Shown one piece after another: positions 29,781 through 39,200 of a stretch of DNA of 64,000 bases (positions are counted from its first letter, which is position 1; each line of letters opens with the position of its first letter). Origin of the DNA: an uncultured Alphaproteobacteria bacterium (GTDB taxonomy: Bacteria; Bacteroidota; Ignavibacteria; OLB7); assembly GCA_964455525.1 (NCBI GenBank), contig CAYVWR010000007.1:117169-181168 (forward strand). The letters are read 5' to 3'. Under the pieces are notes generated by a model. It searched no databases and was not told the DNA's origin. It was given only the letters and a program-made list of their open reading frames with translations. Both the position numbers and the translations under genes were made by a program.

Positions 29781-30104
29781 ATGAACCCCATCGGTCTGCC
29801 TCACTTTCTTACGATCGGCGCGATACTCTTCTCGCTTGGTCTGTATGCCATTATCACACGGCGCAATGCGGTGATGCTGCTGATGGGGATCGAGTTGGTG
29901 CTCAACGCCGCGAACGTCAACTTCATCGCGTTCTCACGGTTCAGTGTGGGCGGGGCATCGCAGATGATGGCCGGGCAGGTGGCATCTATCGTTGTGATCG
30001 TGCTGGCGGCATGCGAGGCGGCGGTGGCGCTGGCGATCGTGCTGAATATCTACAAACGCTTCAACACGATCAACGTGGATGAAGTCGACATGCTCCGCGA
30101 TTGA
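29781..30104 (+). CDS. nuoK: NADH-quinone oxidoreductase subunit K
   Basis: RRNAVMLLMGIELVLNAANVNF and AACEAAVALAIV. Confidence 0.95.
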   Translation: MNPIGLPHFLTIGAILFSLGLYAIITRRNAVMLLMGIELVLNAANVNFIAFSRFSVGGASQMMAGQVASIVVIVLAACEAAVALAIVLNIYKRFNTINVDEVDMLRD

Positions 30105-30152
30105 ACCGGACCCCCGGATTCAACACCCTGCATCCGACGACCGAGAGCCTTC

Positions 30153-32546
30153 ATGGATATACGACTCCTTCTATCGCTCCTGATTCTTCTGCTTCCGCTG
30201 CTGGGGTTTGTGCTGCAACTCATCCTTGGCCGATCCAGAACGCCGCTCGATTATATCATCGACCCGCACGAGAACCCCTTGCACGCTCCGGGGCCGCATG
30301 GCAATCCGGCCGATCTGCAAACCGCCGATCACTCGCAGCCTGCTCTGGACGATCCGTATGTAGTGCAGGGAAGGGTGGAGATCGAGACCCATACGGCCGG
30401 GCACGACGCGCACTACCAGATCCGTGTTGTGCGGCGGCGGGAGCCGTGGAGCGATGCCGATCAGCGCCGGGCACGCGGGCTATCCTGGATATCTACGGCG
30501 ATCATGGGGGCCTGCTTTCTTCTCTCGCTCGTTGTGGCCTATCTCACGATATCGGCACCGGTCTCCGCTGATCTGCCAAGCTATCACCCGACGGTGGAGC
30601 AGAGCACCATCTGGGTCGATTTTGCCGATCAGCTCTCCAGTCCCATCGGCATCGGGTATACGGTGACGCTGGGGGTGCTTGCCGATAATCTTGCGTCGAT
30701 CATGCTGGTTGTGGTGACGCTGGTCTCGCTGCTTGTGCATCTGTTCTCCAGCGAATACATGCGGGAGCCTTCCATGCATGGCGGGCGTTTCAACCGCTAT
30801 TATGCGTTCCTCGGGCTGTTCACTTTTTCGATGCTCGGCATTGTGATCGCCAACAACCTTCTGATGATCTATATCTTCTGGGAGCTTGTGGGGCTAAGCT
30901 CGTATCTGCTGATAGGTTACTGGCACGAACGTCCGGGTCCGGGATATGCCAGCCGCAAGGCGTTTATCACCAATCGTGTTGGCGATATCGGCATGTTCGC
31001 CGGCATCATGATCCTCTACACGCAGTTCGGCACGTTTCAGCTTACGACGATCTTCGATACGATCGCTGCCGGCGCCTTGCCATTCAACTCGGAGCTATGG
31101 CTGACCATCGCAGGAATTCTTCTGTTCTGCGGCGCGATCGGCAAGTCCGCACAGTTCCCGCTGAATGTCTGGCTGCCGGATGCGATGGAGGGGCCAACGC
31201 CTGTCTCGGCGCTTATCCATGCTGCCACGATGGTGGCGGCCGGTGTCTATCTCACCGCCCGGATCTTCCCGCTTCTCACCGGCGATGCCATGCTTGTGGT
31301 TGCCATCATAGGTGCGGTCACCGCATGTATCGCTGCCTCGATAGCACTGGTGCAATGGGATCTGAAAAAGGTGCTTGCCTTCTCCACCGTCTCGCAACTT
31401 GGCTATATGGTGCTGGCGCTTGGCGTGGGGGCCTATGGCGCTGCCATCTTCCATCTGGTGACGCATGCCATGTTCAAGGCCTGCCTGTTTCTTGGTGCCG
31501 GTTCGGTGATCCACGGCATGCATGGGGCGCTCCATCATCTGCACGACCATAGCCGTGATCCGCAGGACATGCGGTATATGGGAGGGTTGCGGCGCAGAAT
31601 GCCCCGTACCTATGCCACGATGCTGGTCGCAACGCTTGCGATCAGCGGGGTGCCCCTGTTCAGCGGTTATATGTCGAAGGATGAGATTCTGGCGGGAGCC
31701 TGGGCTTTTCGTACGATCAACCCCTCGATGGTGGCCGATGTGGTCTGGATCATCGGCTATCTGGTCGCCGGGATGACCGCGTTCTATATGTTTCGGATGA
31801 TCTTCCTGACGTTCCATGGAGAGCCGAGGGCGCCCGATATCCACCAGAAGGTGTACGAGAGCCGACCTATCATGACCATACCGCTTGTGCTGCTTGCGGC
31901 GCTATCACTCTGGATTCCGTTCGGGGCCAATCCTCTCGATCCGTCCTCCGGCTGGTTTCTTTCGGACTGGGTGCGCGCTCCCGCAATGGTGGTGCCGGTG
32001 CATGCACAGCCATCTGTGGGCGATGCTGCCGGTTTCCAGGAGGCGATGGAGCATGCCACGCACCGCCTTCACCAGACCGGGATTCCGCATGTGGCGAGCC
32101 TTCCGGCCCTGGCTTCGCTGCTGGTGGCCGGTTGCGGCATCACGCTCGCGTTTATCTTCTACGGTCGTGCAGGAGCGCGTGGGCAGCAGGTTGCCTGGCA
32201 GGCGCCTCGTGGCATCCGCGCCTTCCTCTTCAATCGGTGGTATCAGGATACTCTCTACGAGAAAGTGTTTCCGGTCGGCTTTATCACCATCCTTTCGCGT
32301 GTGATGGCATGGTTCGATCAGAACGTGATCGATAGCGTTGTCAACGGCGTGGCCGCTGGCACGATCGCCGCATCGCGTGCAGTGGCCGGGTTCGATACGT
32401 ACGTTGTGGATGGCCTTGTGAACCTGGTTGCCGGTATGGCCCAGTTCACCGGCCTCGTTTTCCGCCAGCTTCAGACCGGCCGTATCCAGACCTATATCGT
32501 CTATCTGGTGCTTGGGGTGGTGGTGCTGTTTCTTGTGTTTCGCTAA
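30153..32546 (+). CDS. nuoL: NADH-quinone oxidoreductase subunit L
   Basis: WELVGLSSYLLIG, NRVGD, GKSAQFPLNVWLPDAMEGPTPVSALIHAATMV and STVSQLG. Confidence 0.95.
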   Translation: MDIRLLLSLLILLLPLLGFVLQLILGRSRTPLDYIIDPHENPLHAPGPHGNPADLQTADHSQPALDDPYVVQGRVEIETHTAGHDAHYQIRVVRRREPWSDADQRRARGLSWISTAIMGACFLLSLVVAYLTISAPVSADLPSYHPTVEQSTIWVDFADQLSSPIGIGYTVTLGVLADNLASIMLVVVTLVSLLVHLFSSEYMREPSMHGGRFNRYYAFLGLFTFSMLGIVIANNLLMIYIFWELVGLSSYLLIGYWHERPGPGYASRKAFITNRVGDIGMFAGIMILYTQFGTFQLTTIFDTIAAGALPFNSELWLTIAGILLFCGAIGKSAQFPLNVWLPDAMEGPTPVSALIHAATMVAAGVYLTARIFPLLTGDAMLVVAIIGAVTACIAASIALVQWDLKKVLAFSTVSQLGYMVLALGVGAYGAAIFHLVTHAMFKACLFLGAGSVIHGMHGALHHLHDHSRDPQDMRYMGGLRRRMPRTYATMLVATLAISGVPLFSGYMSKDEILAGAWAFRTINPSMVADVVWIIGYLVAGMTAFYMFRMIFLTFHGEPRAPDIHQKVYESRPIMTIPLVLLAALSLWIPFGANPLDPSSGWFLSDWVRAPAMVVPVHAQPSVGDAAGFQEAMEHATHRLHQTGIPHVASLPALASLLVAGCGITLAFIFYGRAGARGQQVAWQAPRGIRAFLFNRWYQDTLYEKVFPVGFITILSRVMAWFDQNVIDSVVNGVAAGTIAASRAVAGFDTYVVDGLVNLVAGMAQFTGLVFRQLQTGRIQTYIVYLVLGVVVLFLVFR

Positions 32547-32642
32547 GCCGAGGTCCGATAAGGGGCCTGCCGATGAAACAGCAGCAGGCAGGAGGGGATC
32601 GGGAGATGGCGCGGGCATCAACAATCGCAAATCATACATTCG

Positions 32643-34271
32643 ATGAGTACGTTACTGATTCTCCTCACGTTTCTGCCGCTGGCCGCAATGGTGGGGGTGC
32701 TGGCGCTGCCGAAACGTGCTACCGGCGTTATCCGGTGGTTCTCCCTGGCGGTGGCAGTGGCGCAGGTGGTGATAGCGTTCGTCCTCTGGAGTGCGTTCGA
32801 TTCGTCGCTTGGCGGCATCAACGATCCTGAGAGCTTCCAGTTTGTGACCAGTGCAAACTGGCTCAACCTGAACACATCGGCGCTCGGCAATGTCCGTATT
32901 GATTTTTATCTCGGGGTCGATGGCCTATCGATGCCGATGATTCTCCTGAGCAGCATTGTGATGGCGATTGCCACGGCAAGTTCCTGGACGATCGACAAGA
33001 GCCGCAAGGGCTATTTTGCCCTGCTGCTCCTGTTGAACACAGGGATTATGGGGACGTTTGTCGCGCTCGACTTCTTCCTCTTCTATGTCTTCTGGGAGTT
33101 GATGCTGCTGCCGATGTATTTCCTGATCGGCATCTGGGGTGGTGCACGCCGCGAGTATGCCGCGATGAAGTTCTTCCTCTATACGCTGGCAGGCTCGGTC
33201 TTTATGCTGCTGGCGATCATTGCCCTGTATTACAGCTCGAACCTGACGCCGGGGAGCGGTACGGTTACCCATACCTTCAACATGCTTGCGCTGATGAACC
33301 CGGCCAACTATATCCCCGGCTCGCTTCTTGCCTCCGATGTCGCCGGGAGCTTTGCACTCACCGATCTACGGTTCTGGGCGTTTGCCGCGCTCTTTGTCGG
33401 CTTTGCCATCAAGATCCCGATGTTCCCGTTTCATACCTGGCTCCCGGATGCTCATGTGGAGGCGCCGACTGCCATCTCCGTGATCCTGGCCGGTGTGCTT
33501 CTGAAGCTTGGAGCCTATGGCATCATGCGTGTCTGTTTCTCGATGTTCCCCGATGTTGCCATGAACGATGCGGTGGTGGAGTCGATCGCGATCTTCGGGT
33601 TTGTTGGCATCGTCTACGGTGCGCTCTGCGCATTGGCGCAGAAGGATATGAAGAAGTTGATCGCCTACTCCTCGGTCTCCCATATGGGGTATGTGCTCCT
33701 TGGCCTGGCCTCGATGAACACCATCGGCTTCTCCGGCGCGGTGCTTCAGATGTTCAACCATGGCACGATCACGGCGATGCTCTTTCTGATCGTTGGCGTG
33801 GTGTACGACCGTGTGCACGACCGTACGATTGCAAAGTTCGGCGGGCTGGCGAACATCATGCCGGGCTACTTTTTTATTGCCATCATCGCATTTTTTGCCG
33901 CGCTCGGGCTGCCCGGGCTTTCCGGCTGGTGGTCCGAGGCATTTGTCTTCATCGGCGCCTTCCGCAATGGGACGGTTCGTCTGTGGACAGTGCTTTCGCT
34001 GGTCGGCGTGGTGCTCGGGGCCGCATATATGCTCTGGCTGCTTCAGCGTGCCTTTCTCGGCACACTGAGGACGAGGGAGTGGGAGACACGACTTGCCGAT
34101 CTGACCGGGCGCGAGTGGGCGATGTTTGCCCCTCTGGCCGTTATTGTTGTTGTGCTCGGGGTCTGGCCCCGTCCGGTGCTCGACATGATGAACGGGAGCG
34201 TCAATACGCTGGTGGACGTTCTCAAAGCAAGCAGCAGTGCCGTAACCTCCGCGATGAATCTCCTGCCGTGA
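32643..34271 (+). CDS. nuoM: NADH-quinone oxidoreductase subunit M
   Basis: FWELMLLPMYFLIGIWG, PFHTWLPDAHVEAPT and KKLIAYSSVSHMG. Confidence 0.95.
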   Translation: MSTLLILLTFLPLAAMVGVLALPKRATGVIRWFSLAVAVAQVVIAFVLWSAFDSSLGGINDPESFQFVTSANWLNLNTSALGNVRIDFYLGVDGLSMPMILLSSIVMAIATASSWTIDKSRKGYFALLLLLNTGIMGTFVALDFFLFYVFWELMLLPMYFLIGIWGGARREYAAMKFFLYTLAGSVFMLLAIIALYYSSNLTPGSGTVTHTFNMLALMNPANYIPGSLLASDVAGSFALTDLRFWAFAALFVGFAIKIPMFPFHTWLPDAHVEAPTAISVILAGVLLKLGAYGIMRVCFSMFPDVAMNDAVVESIAIFGFVGIVYGALCALAQKDMKKLIAYSSVSHMGYVLLGLASMNTIGFSGAVLQMFNHGTITAMLFLIVGVVYDRVHDRTIAKFGGLANIMPGYFFIAIIAFFAALGLPGLSGWWSEAFVFIGAFRNGTVRLWTVLSLVGVVLGAAYMLWLLQRAFLGTLRTREWETRLADLTGREWAMFAPLAVIVVVLGVWPRPVLDMMNGSVNTLVDVLKASSSAVTSAMNLLP

Positions 34272-34309
34272 ACGGCTTCGCACGCAACTCCTAACACGTG
34301 TAGGGACAT

Positions 34310-35914
34310 ATGGACATCGATTTCGTACAACTCGCCGCAAGCTTCGCGAGCTTCCTGCCGGAGATCGTTCTTGGATTTTTTTTCGTCGTTGCAGTCCTGG
34401 CCGATTCCTTCTCTGGCGGCTCCAGGCGTGGCGTTGGCTATCTGGCGCTTGTGGGGTTCCTGCTTGCCGGAATCCTCGCGTTTCTCCGTATCGGCCCAAC
34501 CTTGCCGGATGGGCAACTGGAACTGTGGACGCTCGGGGTGAACGATTTCCGTGGCGACTGGATCTTCAAGGCGAGCGATCAGCCGTTTGGTGTGGGGATG
34601 TATGTGATCGACGACTTCGCGATCTTTTTCAAGATCCTTATCGCGATCACCGCAGTGTTTGTGGTGGTCTTCTCCTTGCTCTCGCGTGAGCTGAAAACCG
34701 ATGGGCAGCCGCGTCTCGGCGAGTATTATTCGCTGATGCTTGCGATGACCTTTGGCATGTTCCTGATGGCCGGGGCCAACGATCTGTTCCTGGCCTATCT
34801 TGCCATCGAGATTGTCTCGCTCAGTTCCTATGCCATCGTTGGATTCACCAAGCATGTTCCCCGCTCCAGCGAAGCCTCGATGAAGTATGTGATCTATGGG
34901 GGCGTCTCCTCCGGCATCATGCTCTTTGGCATCTCGCTGATCTATGGTCTGCTCGGGACCACCAACTTCACGCTTATCATGAGCACGCTGGGCACGGCAA
35001 ATGCCGAGGTTGCGCTCGTCAATCCTCTGATGATCGCCAGCGTGATGATCCTTGCCGGGCTTGGCTTCAAGATATCCGTGGCGCCCTTTCATTTCTGGAC
35101 TCCCGATGTCTACGAGGGCGCTCCTATCACCATGACGGCGTTTCTTTCGGTAGCATCGAAGGCCGCCGGGTTTGCCCTGCTGGTCCGCTTTATCGTCACT
35201 GCCTATCCGCCGATGCAGGGGTTCGAGTGGAAGCCGATATTGACAGCGGTCTCCATCCTTACGATGTCGCTAGGCAATCTGGCGGCGTTGCAGCAGACCA
35301 ATCTGAAGCGTCTGCTCGCCTATTCCTCGATCGCCCATGCAGGGTATATGATGATGGGGCTTGTTGTGGGTACTACCTACGGCGTTGCGGCCATCCTTAT
35401 TTATTTCGCCTTCTATCTTGTGATGAACCTGGGGGCATTTTTTGCCGTGCAGAAGGTGGCCGAGCAGATAGACTCCGAGGAGATCGAGGATTACCGGGGC
35501 CTTGGCCCACGGATGCCGCTTGTTGGCGTCTGCATCAGCATCTTTATGATCGCCCTTGTGGGCCTGCCCCCCACATGCGGGTTTATCGGCAAGCTGTTCC
35601 TCTTCAACTCGCTGCTCGATGGCGGGCGCCAGTATATATGGCTGGCGGTGGTCGGCGTTCTTAACTCGGTGATATCGTTGTACTACTATCTGCGCGTTCT
35701 CAAGGTGATGTATATCGACAAGCCGATCGGCACGGCACCGCCGGTGCGGATCGGCTACGGCTCGGTTGCGATCCTCGGCGTGCTGGCCGCAGCAACCATT
35801 CTGTTCGGCCTGCCCAATTTTTTCGGTCCGCTTGTTGAGCTTGCCCAGGGATCGCTCGGCACTCTGGCCCGGCTTCTTCCCGATGGTGGGCAGGGAGCCA
35901 TGGGAGGATTCTAA
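34310..35914 (+). CDS. nuoN: NADH-quinone oxidoreductase subunit N
   Basis: EASMKY, APFHFWTPDVYEGAP, KRLLAYSSIAHAG and SLYYYLRV. Confidence 0.95.
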   Translation: MDIDFVQLAASFASFLPEIVLGFFFVVAVLADSFSGGSRRGVGYLALVGFLLAGILAFLRIGPTLPDGQLELWTLGVNDFRGDWIFKASDQPFGVGMYVIDDFAIFFKILIAITAVFVVVFSLLSRELKTDGQPRLGEYYSLMLAMTFGMFLMAGANDLFLAYLAIEIVSLSSYAIVGFTKHVPRSSEASMKYVIYGGVSSGIMLFGISLIYGLLGTTNFTLIMSTLGTANAEVALVNPLMIASVMILAGLGFKISVAPFHFWTPDVYEGAPITMTAFLSVASKAAGFALLVRFIVTAYPPMQGFEWKPILTAVSILTMSLGNLAALQQTNLKRLLAYSSIAHAGYMMMGLVVGTTYGVAAILIYFAFYLVMNLGAFFAVQKVAEQIDSEEIEDYRGLGPRMPLVGVCISIFMIALVGLPPTCGFIGKLFLFNSLLDGGRQYIWLAVVGVLNSVISLYYYLRVLKVMYIDKPIGTAPPVRIGYGSVAILGVLAAATILFGLPNFFGPLVELAQGSLGTLARLLPDGGQGAMGGF

Positions 35915-36255
35915 GGCAGGGTGATGGGGCTTGCCGCTCTATCCTATCAGTTTGGAGTTGTACAAACAGAGCCTATGCGGGCGGATAACCCTTTCCCGCA
36001 TAGGGGGGGATGCGATCGTAGGGCCATCACAGGACGATGGTTCCCTCCGGCCTGCATGTTCTCCGCCATGGTGGTGCTCCATGTGCTCTGCTGTTGACAT
36101 GCGCGGTCCTGATGCGTAGCTTGTCCTGTATACACCACAGGTGCGTGCTTCCTTTCCCATGCGAAAGGAGACAAATGTAAGCCCCACAACCACCAGGATA
36201 CCGGTACCCCCCCCGAGCGATGCTGTAGCGTCGCGATGCGGTTGGCATAGAGCCG

Positions 36256-39200
36256 ATGGTTTTCACTGTCCGGGACGCGGGACGGTCCTTCGACGATTGG
36301 AGAACAGCAGCGATGAATAGTGCACCACACAATAAGGACGGACGTTCAGGTGCGGAGGATAGGCGTCTGGACCCGCCAGCCGATATCGATGGCGTGCTTG
36401 CCGAAGAATGGGCGCAGATTCGGATGCGCCGCCGATTTCTGGACGCGCTTCGTGTGTACATAGCAACCAGAGGCGGACACCGATCCGGTGCTGGAGATCG
36501 CGGCGGGGCAGGCCCAAGGCATCCTCTGCGGGGGAGCGATGAGCTTCCCGGAATATCCGTGCCCCCGGATCTGATGGGGCTTGGGCTTTCCGGCGGTGGC
36601 ATCCGAAGCGCCACCTTCTGTCTTGGGGTAGTGCAGGAGCTTCGTGCCTGCGGCCTTCTTTCCTCGTTCGATTATCTGTCCACCGTTTCCGGCGGCGGAT
36701 ATCTGGGCGGATGGTGGAGCGGATGGCTCTCACGCGAGCCGTTTTTTGTTCCGGCGGAGCTTCTCGATCCGGTTGGTCTGTTGCAGGAACTCTTCCCGGA
36801 TGAGAATTCGATATATCCGAGCACTCATCCGGTGCTTGAGAAGATGCCATCAACTGAAACGCTCAGGCTTCGTGAGCTTGCAAAGGGGCGCCCTGTGGGG
36901 GTGATGGAGCGTCAGCTTCTTGTGGAGTATCTGAACCGTCTGCTTGAGCAGGGGACGCTGTACGCGCAGTTCTCCGAGTTTGCCAGCGAAGGGCTAGAGA
37001 CGTTTGCCGCCGCGCTGCGTGTTATTCATGACGATATGCATGACATCAGAGACGAGGAGGATCAGGCACAGGAGCATTTCGCCTGGGAGCGCTGCGAGCA
37101 GGTGCTTCTTAATAGATTTTTTCTGGAGGAATTGTTCCCCGGATATTTCGATCCGCTCGGGGATATCCATGCGATCTCCTTTCCGCGAGAAGAGGGGATC
37201 GAGCCTGATCGGTATGAGGCGTTCGGGTCGGAGCAGCAGGGGGACGAGCCGTGTGGTGGACCGGGAGCGGCTGGACCGAAGGAGCCGGTACGGCCGGCCT
37301 GGCCGGATATGCAGCCGCGCGGTCGCCGCGATGATGATTCCTCCAATGCCTGGTTTGACCCCATTCATCACCTTCGTCTGTTTGCCAATTATCTGACGCC
37401 CCGCAAAGGCTCGCTTAGCGCCGATACCTGGCGGGCGATCGCGGCGATCTCGCGCAACCTTGTGCTCACATGGCTGGTGCTCGTGCCGATCTTTGTTGCG
37501 GTGATGCTCTGTGGGCAGCTTTATTTTCTCTGGCATCCCGATACCACCGGCGATTTTCTTCCGCCCCGTGATACCATCGCAGTATCGGCCACGACGATGC
37601 CGGCCGATAGTACTGGCGAACCGCTCTCACCGGCTATGGCGGCCACAAAGGGCCTGACCGCAGCAGGGGTGAAGGGGGCTGCCGTCCCGGCTGCCAAACG
37701 GTCGCGTCATGAAGTGTCAAGCTCCGATGTGCTCCTTGCCCGTCTTGCCGCCGCTGCCGTTCCAATCGTTCCGATCCTGGGCTGGATCGTTGTGGTGGTG
37801 ACGGTATGGATCATCTATGGGCATGATACATCCACGGTGCGCGAGAAGATGATGCCATGGGTGGAGCTTGGTGTGGCAATGATGCTTGTCATCTTTCTCT
37901 TCTGGAGTTTTACTGCCGATGGCCTTGCCTTGCCGGGCACAGAGCAGCCGTCGGCGGCGCTTGCAATCCTGAGCTGGTGGTGGTCCAGTTGGCCGCCGCT
38001 GCTGTTCTGGGCGCTGGTGGCTGTGGGGTTGGTGGTGTTCGGGCTGAGAACGTCAGGATCGGCCGGAAAATACCCGGAGGCCCGCAATCCAAGGATCGCC
38101 GGCCAGCTCAAGCGCGAGGTGTGCCGTAACCAGTTGGTTCGCATCCATTCCACGCTTCTTGTTGTCGCGGTCGGCATTGCGATTGTGTTGCTCTTTGCCG
38201 GGTTCGGCCACGAGCTGGTGAACTATCTCTTCTACAGCGCCGATACCAAGAGCACCGTCAGCGATTATCTGAAGGAGATCGGTGGATGGAGCGGCCTTGT
38301 TCTGACGCTTGGCGGGACGATCTATACGCTGATGAAGGCATCGCCTGCCGGGGGAGGGGATACGGGAAATGCTGGCGTGGCGTCGCGGTGGGGAGGGATC
38401 ATTCTGGGCATTACTCCTCCGTTGCTTATCCTGTTCCTGGCGCTCCTCTCGGCGTGGTGGGGACATGGGGTGGTCAGCGGGCTGGTGCCGGATGCCAACG
38501 GCGTTTCGGAGTTCATCATACGGAACCGGCCGTTCCACTATATCACCTTCGTCGGCATTTTCCTCTGCTTCATCTTTACCTGGTACGAGATGACGTTCAT
38601 CAAGGGGAACTGGCCCGCTGTCTGGGTCTTCGGTGACACGGTGCCGAAACGATACATAGGCCATGTGCTGCTTGCGGTTGCCCTGGTCCTGCTTGCACTT
38701 CTGGTCTCCAATGGTGTCTGGTCGATCTATACCGGCACGTTCTATGACTCGCTGACCGGCGATCCCGACCGTCTGTTCTGGGAGTGGTACGAGGGGTTGC
38801 TCCCGTATGTCCTGCTCGGAGCGCATCCTGCACCACGATTCCTTTCGCTTGCCATGGCGATGCTTGCAGGGGGGGCATTGCTCGTACGGCTGCTGTTCCA
38901 CAGGGTTCCGCGCGCAGAGTGTGGTGGGGCCAATCGGTTTGTGTGGGCGCGGCGGCCATCCAATGCTCTGAGTGCACCGGCCTATCGGACCGCATGGGAG
39001 CTTGCCGGACTGACCGTGGTTGTGGTGCTGATCCTTGCCGTGGTGAGCTTTGCGTTGATCCCGCTGGCCACGTCGTGGGAGGCTGGGGTGGCGGTGCTGG
39101 ACTGGCTGAGGATGGATGCCACAAGAAATCTTACCGCCTATGTTCTCTTTGGATTCTGCTTCTGTCTGATCTTTCTGATGGTGGAGCTGTTTTTTGGTGA

